Below are positions 48,478-56,712 of a DNA stretch of 64,000 bases, piece after piece (the stretch's first letter is position 1; every line of letters starts with the position of its first letter). The stretch spans positions 224,001 to 288,000 of the forward strand of contig CBDCFN010000016.1 in assembly GCA_965216315.1 (NCBI GenBank). The letters run 5' to 3'. A program made the translations under genes and the position numbers. Under the pieces are notes generated by a model that saw nothing but the letters and a program-made list of their open reading frames with translations, did no database searches and had not been told where the DNA came from. This DNA is from a bacterium. Lineage in GTDB: Bacteria > UBA10199 > 2-02-FULL-50-16 > JAJFLM01.

Positions 48478-49867
48478 GCACTATCGAAACTGCGTCTAAA
48501 TCAAACCCACCCGTTGAAGGGCCAATCGGCCCCAGCCCCAAACCACTATCGGTAATCTTAACGTAACGCGCCGTCAGTAAACCCGTATCGGCGAGGTCAT
48601 AGGCATTTCCACCTGCCACTGCGGGATCCGTGGGGTCAATCGTATTATCGTCCGGATTGGCCAAAGTCGCCTTGGTGCCCGCACATCCTGTGTAAGGTGC
48701 CCCGCTTGTATCGCACGGAAAGGCGTGCCACGTCACGCCATCGTCACTCACTGCAACGGTCGCGGGTTCGGCGAAGACATTGTCGGGATTCCCCCCCACT
48801 TCAAAGGCATTTTCAAAGACAATGAAATCGTCATCGGCGCCGTCAAAAATAATAAAGTCGGTAAACTCCAAGATGATTTCGCCGCCGACACCGAGTGAGA
48901 GCACATCGGTTGAACCCGTACAGCAGCCACCTCCCTTGGGAGCCCCTAACACGATGCCCGGCAGGAGGCCTTCGTTAAAACCTCCATTGCCGCCTTTCGT
49001 GAAGTTGCTGACACTGTCTGCGTAGGGATCGGCGCCCAGCGGCAGGTCTTCTTCGACGATTTCAGGGTCCGGATCGGGAATCGGGGTATCCCCACCTTCT
49101 TCGTCGGGTTCGACAGTCACGGTAATGTCATCTTGAGGGAAGCTTTCCTTCCAGGGATCATCGACGGAGATCGTTGCGGTGCCAGCCCCGACGGCACGAA
49201 TCACTCCCGAGCCGATGACCTCGACGACGCTCGGATCGGAAGATGTCCAGACCAGTTGTCCGGCGAATGTTCCATTGGGGTGATGATAAAATTTCTTAAT
49301 GCCCGTATCGAGGACGGTATCAGAGTAGAGTAGATCCGCTTGGAGTATCTGAGTATCGCCGATGGCGTCGAATAGAATATCACTCGGGTTGATCGTTGCA
49401 TTGGCCACATGGAGCGAAATAACGCTCTCGACATCCAAGGGGTTGAGACTGGTGACGGCCTCAACAATCACCTCCGCTTCGGAGACGACACCGTCGACCG
49501 TCGCGCGGACGGTTGTTTGCCCAGCTGAAACCGCGCGAAGCTGACCGGGCTCGTCAAAGATCGCGACAAATTCGTTATCACTGTTCCAATCGACCTGAAA
49601 TGATTCGAGACTGACCGGGTCAACCGCACTTGATTTAACCCCGAGCAAGACCTTGCCGTTGCGCAGGCTTACGATGAGGCTCATGTCGATGATGGTGCCG
49701 ATCCCTGTGATGCTTAAGGCAGCCGGAGAAAGTTGAACGGCAGAGATACCGGTCTCGCGCAGTGAACTGTTTGAATCATCGGGCGCACCACTATTATCGC
49801 AAGCGCTGGTTGCAACGCCGCTGCCCAGTAGCATTAATGCGAATGTCATGATGCGAAACCGTTTCAT
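48461..49867 (-). CDS. Lipoprotein with two Ig-like (Big_2-like) domains and an acidic C-terminal domain
   Basis: Lipobox TSAC; W.S.N..VA and WTSSDPSVV...G.IRAVGAGTATI repeats; C-terminal VLSLG.GGEI.LEF...DF.VFENAF...GFDLDAV. Confidence 0.7.
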   Translation of the reverse strand: MKRFRIMTFALMLLGSGVATSACDNSGAPDDSNSSLRETGISAVQLSPAALSITGIGTIIDMSLIVSLRNGKVLLGVKSSAVDPVSLESFQVDWNSDNEFVAIFDEPGQLRAVSAGQTTVRATVDGVVSEAEVIVEAVTSLNPLDVESVISLHVANATINPSDILFDAIGDTQILQADLLYSDTVLDTGIKKFYHHPNGTFAGQLVWTSSDPSVVEVIGSGVIRAVGAGTATISVDDPWKESFPQDDITVTVEPDEEGGDTPIPDPDPEIVEEDLPLGADPYADSVSNFTKGGNGGFNEGLLPGIVLGAPKGGGCCTGSTDVLSLGVGGEIILEFTDFIIFDGADDDFIVFENAFEVGGNPDNVFAEPATVAVSDDGVTWHAFPCDTSGAPYTGCAGTKATLANPDDNTIDPTDPAVAGGNAYDLADTGLLTARYVKITDSGLGLGPIGPSTGGFDLDAVSIVHGTSP

Positions 49868-51090
49868 TACAGGTCTATAATCGCCAAGGAAGTTGGCGGT
49901 CCTCCTACGTCTAAAGGCCCTTGTTTGGCATAATCATTGTCAGTGTCTAGAATAACGAGACCGGCGCCGAGTCCCTCCAGGTCACCTCGTTCGCTGACCA
50001 AGAGATGGCCGTCGCCGTCATAGTGGATTTCCGGTAAAAAAGTTCCAGGGCTTTCGTATATATTGTTGTCTACTACTGCGAAGGTCGCGGGGTCAAATGC
50101 GGCGATGCGCTGGCTGTCCGCGATAGTAAAGGCTTGGTTATTATTAGCGATTTGGATGCCCCACGGAAAGCCTCCAATGTCGGCATCATCAACGACGATG
50201 CCCTGCGTTTGATAAGTCAGCGTATTGACCACTTCGATGCCGCCAAAGGCATCGCTCGTATCCGTGGTGAAATCAGGTTGGAACACGCCGGCATTACTGA
50301 CAAAAACACGATCCGAGGTTTCATCATAGCGGATATCGGAAGGATTGCGGCCATCGAGCGTAATTCCTTGAACGCCGGGGGTCACCGGGTCGACGTCGAC
50401 CAAGCTATCGGTCTTTGTGTCGATTACGGCAATCTTTCCGGCTGTGTCCGCCGCAAAAAAAGAATTCAGATCCTGGAGTAAGACCCAGACTTCGTCACCG
50501 ACTTGAGCCATGCGTTCCGGGCGAACATTGACGTCACCGTCATCATCGGCCAGCGGGGTGAGATCCAGTTTGCCGAGGATGGAACCGCTTTGCGGATTGT
50601 AGATGTGAATCTCTTCGGCGCCCGCAACGGATTCCGGTTGATAGATCGTTACGTAAGCCTTGTTGGCATTGATGACCGAAATGTCGTGAGGATTCGAACC
50701 GGGGCCGGTTGAAAATTCAATGAGCGTCGCAAAGTCATCCGCGGGATCGATGACCTGAATGCTGTCACGGCCCAATCGATTGACAACATAGGAGATTCCA
50801 TCAAAGACGCGCACAATGGAATCCGTATGGGGAAGTGGTGCCAAGATATTGGTAACGATGTCCGCGGTAGCGACGTTCGTGAGGTTGCCGACGGCTGAGA
50901 GTATGCCGGTTGCAAAGAAATCCGAGACCAGCACCAGAGCAATGCGTCCCTGTAAGGTCGGCGTTTCTGCTGACGTCGAAGGCTGAGGATTCGGCTTGGT
51001 ATTTACGTCATTCGTCACAGTCTGGACCTCACCGCACCCGGTCGCCAGGGACAGGGTGGTTATCACTAAGATCAAGCGTATGGCTTTCAT
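49867..51090 (-). CDS. Beta-propeller lipoprotein (YncE/BtuG-like)
   Basis: Lipobox ATGC; YVVNR...IQVIDP, NPHDI.....KAYVT, P.RMA...VWV, NPSDI blade repeats; directly after the TonB-dependent receptor. Confidence 0.7.
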   Translation of the reverse strand: MKAIRLILVITTLSLATGCGEVQTVTNDVNTKPNPQPSTSAETPTLQGRIALVLVSDFFATGILSAVGNLTNVATADIVTNILAPLPHTDSIVRVFDGISYVVNRLGRDSIQVIDPADDFATLIEFSTGPGSNPHDISVINANKAYVTIYQPESVAGAEEIHIYNPQSGSILGKLDLTPLADDDGDVNVRPERMAQVGDEVWVLLQDLNSFFAADTAGKIAVIDTKTDSLVDVDPVTPGVQGITLDGRNPSDIRYDETSDRVFVSNAGVFQPDFTTDTSDAFGGIEVVNTLTYQTQGIVVDDADIGGFPWGIQIANNNQAFTIADSQRIAAFDPATFAVVDNNIYESPGTFLPEIHYDGDGHLLVSERGDLEGLGAGLVILDTDNDYAKQGPLDVGGPPTSLAIIDL

Positions 51091-51265
51091 GTTGGGCTCC
51101 TTATGGTATCGGTGAAATTTCTCTAATGTTTCCTTTTATATTGGGGGTCCGTTTCAGCTCGTTAATGATGCTACTCGCGCCAATTTTTTGACGTAATTGC
51201 TTCAACATGACCCCCAAACCCCCTCTCCTGAATCAGGCAGAGCCCACTTCAGGAGCAATATTTTC

Positions 51266-53263
51266 TCAAATCATGATTCCTACCTTTCCGAAGAAGAGCC
51301 TCCCGGGGACGGGGAAGCCGACGACGTCCTCAATTTGCTGATTGAGGAGGTTTTTGACCTCAAATCCGGCCTGGAGCCATTTCCAGGGTTGGAGGCTGAA
51401 CCCCAGGCCGAGCAGGGTTCGCTGGCTCACTTTGAGGGCGTTAAATGCATCCAAGAAATTTTCGTCGATAAAATCGATGTCGGCAAAGAAATGGGCCCAG
51501 CGATAGTGCGCCCTCAGCCCGGCATGGAGCTGGTGGCGAGGGCGGCCCGGTAAGAATTTTCCATCAAAACCGGCGCGCCCGCTGCGATCTTTGGCCCATT
51601 GAAAACTGTAATTAGCGGTGACCTCAAGCCAGGCCAGGGGCGCGGCGTGACCTTCCAACTCAATACCGCGAATCGTCGCCGCGGCGAGGTTGCGGGCTTG
51701 GGCGGTAAACTGCGACGTCTGCAAAAACTGAATCAGATCTTTGGTGCGATTTTCAAAGTAGGCCACGCGAAGTCGGTACTTGTCCGGATGCCACTCGAGA
51801 CCCACATCATAATTCCAGCTTGATTCGGGACGAAGATCGGGATTGCCGACCGTGGCGCCGCGATCTCCAAAGAGTTCGAGAAAACTGGGAACACGAAAAT
51901 TGCGTCCGAAGTTGGCAAAGGCGTTCAGATTATCGATGATCTGCACACGCGTGCCGATTTTGCCGCTGATGGCGACTTTGGTGGAATGATTGGCGCTAGC
52001 CGCCGAGGCGAGCGAAGGATCTTCGCCGGTCAGGTCATTCAAAATGAATTCCGTGCGCAGCATCGGATTGATAATGACGCGATCTTGCCACAGACTGATC
52101 TCATCTTCCGCGCTGAGGCTGATTCGGTTCCGCATCGATGCCTGTCCGGTGCGCTGAATGGCGAGGAAGTTTTCGGGATGAAACTGCTCTCCCGTATAGC
52201 TCAACGCCACGCTGATGTGTTGGTGAGCCCCCCAGTAGTATTCGCCTAATAAGCGCGTTCCATAGAGAAAAGTATTGTCGTCGTTGTCTTGACGCCCAAG
52301 CCCGATTTCGCCCTGGAGATCGGAGAATTGCGATTTATTAAAGCTGAAAAAGGGGTTCATGCTGAAAGTCAGACGGCTCGTGGGGCGCCAACCCAATTTA
52401 ACTTGGGAAATGTTCCGGGTCGTTGAGAGGTCGGCATTGTCAGACCGAAGCGTGCGAAGGCCCGGGACGCCACGATCTTCGCGAAAGAAGTTGTTGGAAA
52501 ATTCAAAGTCGAGGTCGGAGCGAATCGCCTGATGAAGACGGAATAGAAAGTTGTTCTTTGCAAACTCATTGTTAGCACGGGTGATCACTTGGTCGTCTGT
52601 AGAATTAGCAGGTGTCCCGTTGTCATCGAGATGAGAAAAGTCGCCGTTGCTGCGGGCATGCTGATAGCTCAGCAACAGGCCGGTTGATCCAAAAGTTTCA
52701 GCGTAAAGGACGCTGCCCTTGTACGTATTCAGGGAGCCGTAACTGTTATGGATTTCGATGCGGCGTTTCTTTTGTGCACGATGGGTTTTAATCGCGACCA
52801 CACCGCCGATGGCGCTGCTATCGAAGCGTGCCGGGGCTTGACCGCGATAGATGGTCATGGATTCAATGAGCTCGACCGGTAGGCTGGAAAGGTCGACGGC
52901 TCCACCGGCTGCCTGATTCAGTGGAATGCCGTCGAGATAAATCTGGACTTGTTCGCCGGTCGAACCGCGAATGGAAACGGTGGCATAATCGTCCAGTCCG
53001 CCGAATTGTTTGACGCGTACTCCGACGACTTCGTCGAGGACTTCCGCGACGGAAACGGAGCGATTTTGATAGGAGTCCATTTCAACCGTTGTGGCGGAAA
53101 CGGTGAAATCGGTGGGCGTTGTTTCCGTGCTGACGCCTTCGCCTTCAACGGTGACGTCTTCAAGCTCGGTCTCTTCCGCATGCACGTGTGTTGAAGTCGT
53201 GGAGACAATTAAGCACAACAAAATGTAGAGTGGGCGCGCGAGGCCCGGGCGGTGAAGCGCCAT
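51266..53263 (-). CDS. btuB: TonB-dependent cobalamin receptor
   Basis: Signal peptide, TonB box LEDVTVEG, plug SIRGS..EQV.IYLDGIPLN, GNPDLRPE, KNLLN...PGR; riboswitch upstream. Confidence 0.88.
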   Translation of the reverse strand: MALHRPGLARPLYILLCLIVSTTSTHVHAEETELEDVTVEGEGVSTETTPTDFTVSATTVEMDSYQNRSVSVAEVLDEVVGVRVKQFGGLDDYATVSIRGSTGEQVQIYLDGIPLNQAAGGAVDLSSLPVELIESMTIYRGQAPARFDSSAIGGVVAIKTHRAQKKRRIEIHNSYGSLNTYKGSVLYAETFGSTGLLLSYQHARSNGDFSHLDDNGTPANSTDDQVITRANNEFAKNNFLFRLHQAIRSDLDFEFSNNFFREDRGVPGLRTLRSDNADLSTTRNISQVKLGWRPTSRLTFSMNPFFSFNKSQFSDLQGEIGLGRQDNDDNTFLYGTRLLGEYYWGAHQHISVALSYTGEQFHPENFLAIQRTGQASMRNRISLSAEDEISLWQDRVIINPMLRTEFILNDLTGEDPSLASAASANHSTKVAISGKIGTRVQIIDNLNAFANFGRNFRVPSFLELFGDRGATVGNPDLRPESSWNYDVGLEWHPDKYRLRVAYFENRTKDLIQFLQTSQFTAQARNLAAATIRGIELEGHAAPLAWLEVTANYSFQWAKDRSGRAGFDGKFLPGRPRHQLHAGLRAHYRWAHFFADIDFIDENFLDAFNALKVSQRTLLGLGFSLQPWKWLQAGFEVKNLLNQQIEDVVGFPVPGRLFFGKVGIMI

Positions 53264-53299
53264 CTCCTATATCCTCGAAGAGAGACGTGAATATTTATT

Positions 53300-53463
53300 G
53301 AGTCGGTAGGTCTCCTGACTTGAGGCCAGTCTAAAACGACTTGTTAAGTCAACCTTGCCTTCCCATCCCGAGAACGGAACAGTGACTTGAAACGATTGAC
53401 TCACTTTTCCTCTTACAGTGGCGGGTCCGTAACGGATTTGCACCGTTTTCCCTGGACCGACTC
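53300..53463 (-). ncRNA. Cobalamin riboswitch
   Basis: Minus strand: AGGGAA-AACGGTGCAAATCCG, CCCGCCACTGTAA, CACTG...GGGAAGG, B12 box AAGTCAGGAGACCT; P1 GAGTCGGT/ACCGACTC. Confidence 0.93.
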
Positions 53464-53510
53464 CTTAAGGAAAATCCATCGTATAAATAGTAGGGTTAGT
53501 CAAGGGGCGC

Positions 53511-53861
53511 TTAAAAAGCCTCGTGAGCGCGTACTTTGGTGAGCTCAACGCCATCGACGACCATTTTCCAGCGGCCGTCCTGCTGATAGGGCTTCTTATT
53601 TACCTTGAAGGTGGTGGTGATGAACAGTACGCCGACAACGAAATCATCACCGATGAATTCCTTGATGGGACCATTGACGGATGTTGATGTACCGCCACTC
53701 ATTCGTTTGTAATCGACACGACCATCTTTTGTAATCGTGAGTTTCATTTCCGTGCTTTGCCAGCGCCCCTCATAATTGGCCCTGTCCGGTGGTAAGGGTG
53801 TACCGCTGCACTGAACGAAGGCGATCATGACAACGAGAGCAAAAAAACAATTTTTAAGCAT
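53511..53861 (-). CDS. Small hypothetical lipoprotein
   Basis: Hydrophobic N-terminus ending FVQC, YEGRWQS beta-barrel-like start; start overlaps the queC-like stop. Confidence 0.6.
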   Translation of the reverse strand: MLKNCFFALVVMIAFVQCSGTPLPPDRANYEGRWQSTEMKLTITKDGRVDYKRMSGGTSTSVNGPIKEFIGDDFVVGVLFITTTFKVNKKPYQQDGRWKMVVDGVELTKVRAHEAF

Positions 53862-54531
53862 TGGACGCATATTTAGTAGGATCTTTTTTGCCGGCCTCTT
53901 CAAAGACACGGCTCCGTTGTCCGCACTTGTAACAGTTGCCGCAATGGTCATGGCCGCGCGGATTGATGCAAGAAAAAGTCATCTCTAAGGGCAAGTCATC
54001 GGCCTTTTTGATGAGGTTGGGGCGTTTGCTTTGGCCAAGTGGGGTCAAAATCTTCACCTTTTTACGCATGCCCATCTTAGTGAGTTCTTCAAAATGTTTG
54101 TAAAAGGCGGGCGTGCTATCCGCAAAAGGAGTTGTCGCCACGGTTCCGATCGCCAGTTCCTTGATTCCGTTGATATGACAGAAGACCGAACCGACGGTCA
54201 GCAGAGTGAGATTGCGGCCGGGTAATTCCATCAATGAGTCGGCCGCATAGGGTCCGGGGACTTCACCGCCGTCCGTTGCCCAGTAGCCGCGTCGATAGAT
54301 CGTCTTGATCGGCAGGGAGATATCGATGAGCTCACCGATAGAGTTGTGGCGTCTTTTGAGCTGGCGATGAAAGCGTCGTAACCAGAAACGCTCGGCGGGC
54401 TCCCAGATGAAACCGCAGACCACGTAAAGCGGAACGACTGTCTTATATTTCTTGGCCAGGTCCTCTAAGAGGCTCAGGCTGGGGATTCCCCCACTGGTCA
54501 AGACGGCTACGGTATCAGGTGCAATGGCCAT
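53854..54531 (-). CDS. QueC-like PP-loop protein with a divergent P-loop
   Basis: VAVLTSGGIPS (canonical SGGxDS), LPGRN, FADSTP.F, TFSC...HCGNCYKC..R zinc motif. Confidence 0.8.
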   Translation of the reverse strand: MAIAPDTVAVLTSGGIPSLSLLEDLAKKYKTVVPLYVVCGFIWEPAERFWLRRFHRQLKRRHNSIGELIDISLPIKTIYRRGYWATDGGEVPGPYAADSLMELPGRNLTLLTVGSVFCHINGIKELAIGTVATTPFADSTPAFYKHFEELTKMGMRKKVKILTPLGQSKRPNLIKKADDLPLEMTFSCINPRGHDHCGNCYKCGQRSRVFEEAGKKDPTKYASNA

Positions 54532-54715
54532 GGCTCAAAACTCCATAAGTTAGCATAATTCAGGAAATAATCCGGCCTGGCCCCGCGTGGGCCCAAGACG
54601 AAAAGCGCTTTTAACCCGGAATCGATTGCCGCACAAGCCTTTTTGCTCAAATCATCAGCACATCGTGCCGATCTCGCTTGCCTAAACCTTTAATTTTCAC
54701 TAGCTTAGCGCGGTT

Positions 54716-55126
54716 TTGGTCTATCGCGTCACGAAGGAAATTCGCTTTTGCTATGCTCACCGCCTCTTGGATTACGAAGGGCCGTGCGCTCACCTGCATG
54801 GGCATAATGCGCGGGTTGAGATCGAACTATCAGCTCCCGAACTGGATGAGCGGGGCATGGTTTTCGAGTTTTCCGAGCTCAAAGAGGTCCTGCAGGGCTG
54901 GATGGATAACACGCTCGATCACCGAACCTTGTTGCGAGAGGATGACCCCCTAGCGAATTTGTTGCAGGAAATCGGGGAACCTGTCTATTTAATGAAGCGG
55001 AATCCGACAGCGGAGGCCATCGCCGAGGAAATATATCTTTACGCCCGGCAGCAGGACCTGCCGGTTTCGCAGGTGAAAGTATGGGAAACCTGCACCGCCT
55101 GCGCGGTTTATACGGAAAAGGAGTGA
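54716..55126 (+). CDS. queD: 6-carboxy-5,6,7,8-tetrahydropterin synthase
   Basis: F.YAHRL, CAHLHGHN, GMV.EF..LK, LDH, NPTAE, VWET. Confidence 0.9.
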   Translation: MVYRVTKEIRFCYAHRLLDYEGPCAHLHGHNARVEIELSAPELDERGMVFEFSELKEVLQGWMDNTLDHRTLLREDDPLANLLQEIGEPVYLMKRNPTAEAIAEEIYLYARQQDLPVSQVKVWETCTACAVYTEKE

Positions 55127-55130
55127 ATCG

Positions 55131-55976
55131 ATGCGCAAGATCTTAGTCGTTAAAAATGCTGCTGAAGAGGGTTTGGGCGTCATTGCCGACGAATTGAAAC
55201 TTGCGGAGATCGAATGGGATACCATCGAGCCTTATGCCCGCCAGACAATTCCAACGGGTGAAGCGATTGATGAGGCTGGTTACAAGGGCTTGATTGTTTT
55301 GGGCGGACCGATGAGCGCAAATCATGACATTGCCTTTCCTTTCTTGCTTGATGAGATTCAATTGATTCGCGACATGTTGGAACGCAAGTTGCCGATGCTG
55401 AATGTTTGTTTAGGAGCGCAGTTGTTGGCGCGGGCTTGCGGCGTGTCTCTTGCCTACGGTGGTGTCAAAGAAGTCGGTTGGCATTCCGTGCACCTTAATG
55501 AATGGTATACCAAACGGAACCCGCTGTTCTTTCAGTTGCCTCTGGAGTTTATGACTTTTCATTGGCACCAAGATACTTTTGATATCCCGACGGAAGGTTA
55601 CCGCCTTGCCGGTTCCGAACTCTATCCCAATCAGGCCTTCTGCGTGCAAGGCAACGCAGTCGGAATTCAGTTTCATCCTGAATTGACGAAAGACATGATT
55701 GAAGGGTGGATTGAAAAAGATAGGCAGCGCAGCCATCCTTTCTTGGATGCCGCCCAGGAAGACATGATCCTCAACCACATTGACGAATATCTGCCGGCGC
55801 AACGGGATATCGTACACAAACTTATTTATGGTTTTGCCACGCTGATGAGGCCGGATGATTACCGCCGTCCTGCCGTGGAAGAAAAACCCGAAGCGGAAGC
55901 CGCTTCCGAAGTGACAAGCGAGACGGAGCCGAGCGCGACAACGGGCGAAGATACGTCGACTGAAAAAATCGCCTAA
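55131..55976 (+). CDS. Class I glutamine amidotransferase
   Basis: LGGPMSA, VCLGAQ (Cys), WHQDTF, QFHPE (His/Glu); acidic tail. Confidence 0.9.
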   Translation: MRKILVVKNAAEEGLGVIADELKLAEIEWDTIEPYARQTIPTGEAIDEAGYKGLIVLGGPMSANHDIAFPFLLDEIQLIRDMLERKLPMLNVCLGAQLLARACGVSLAYGGVKEVGWHSVHLNEWYTKRNPLFFQLPLEFMTFHWHQDTFDIPTEGYRLAGSELYPNQAFCVQGNAVGIQFHPELTKDMIEGWIEKDRQRSHPFLDAAQEDMILNHIDEYLPAQRDIVHKLIYGFATLMRPDDYRRPAVEEKPEAEAASEVTSETEPSATTGEDTSTEKIA

Positions 55977-55994
55977 ATTAGAAAGTGCTTGCCG

Positions 55995-56585
55995 TTAAGC
56001 GTCGTGGGCCAGCCGCTTGCCGCTCCAATGGATCAACCAAAAACCGCCGACCAAGAGGACGACAAAGAGCAGCGATGCGATATTGAAGTAATTCGTGATC
56101 AGGTCCTGGATTTCTGCGCCCCAGACCTTGAGGGCCGCGCCAATGAGAAAAAAGCGAGCAGGGCGACTCAGGGCGGATGCCAGCAGGAAATTAATAAAGC
56201 GGATGCTGAAGGCCCCGGCGGTGATCGTGAAGACCTTATAAGGAATCGGCGTGAATCCCGCGATGCCGATCGCCCAGTAATCATACTTTTTATACAAGCG
56301 TTCGGCGGCATTCCGCTTGGATTCTGAGAGGAAACGCTTGATGATCGGGCGTCCGCCCCAGCGACCAATGGCAAAGCCAAACATCCCGCCACTTACCGAG
56401 GCCAAGCTGCAGATAAACGCGTACCACAAGGCATTAGCGGGATCGGCGACGCCCATTGCGATGAGGAGCACATCGGGCGGAATGGGAAAAAAACTCGATT
56501 CGGCGAAGGCGAGCAGAAAGAGGGCGCTCTGGGCGTTGGGATGGCTGGCCCAGGCGAGGGTCCAGTTGTAAAGATCGTGGAGCAT
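55995..56585 (-). CDS. YqaA/VTT (DedA superfamily) membrane protein
   Basis: AFAESSFFPIPPDVLL, AGFTPIPYKVFTITAG, SR.ARFF. Confidence 0.9.
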   Translation of the reverse strand: MLHDLYNWTLAWASHPNAQSALFLLAFAESSFFPIPPDVLLIAMGVADPANALWYAFICSLASVSGGMFGFAIGRWGGRPIIKRFLSESKRNAAERLYKKYDYWAIGIAGFTPIPYKVFTITAGAFSIRFINFLLASALSRPARFFLIGAALKVWGAEIQDLITNYFNIASLLFVVLLVGGFWLIHWSGKRLAHDA

Positions 56586-56630
56586 GGGGAAGTTTTGTCA
56601 TTATTAAATATTACAATGCAATTAGATCTT

Positions 56631-56646
56631 GTAGGGGCACCCCTAC
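56631..56646. repeat. Minimal GTAG-type REP palindrome
   Basis: GTAGGGG-CA-CCCCTAC in an otherwise AT-rich intergenic region. Confidence 0.5.
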
Positions 56647-56712
56647 GTCTTGCCATTGTGGTTAGATATCGCTATAAATGAATACCTATTCATTTTTTTA
56701 AAGGAGGCCGCC

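Noticed and set aside
54655..54672. Sigma54-like CGGCACG on the minus strand before the queC-like gene
   Set aside because: GG-to-GC spacing is 8, not 10.
53854..55976. Dpd DNA-modification or QatABCD defence island
   Set aside because: No dpdA/tgt-like, helicase, TatD or ATPase partner genes adjacent.
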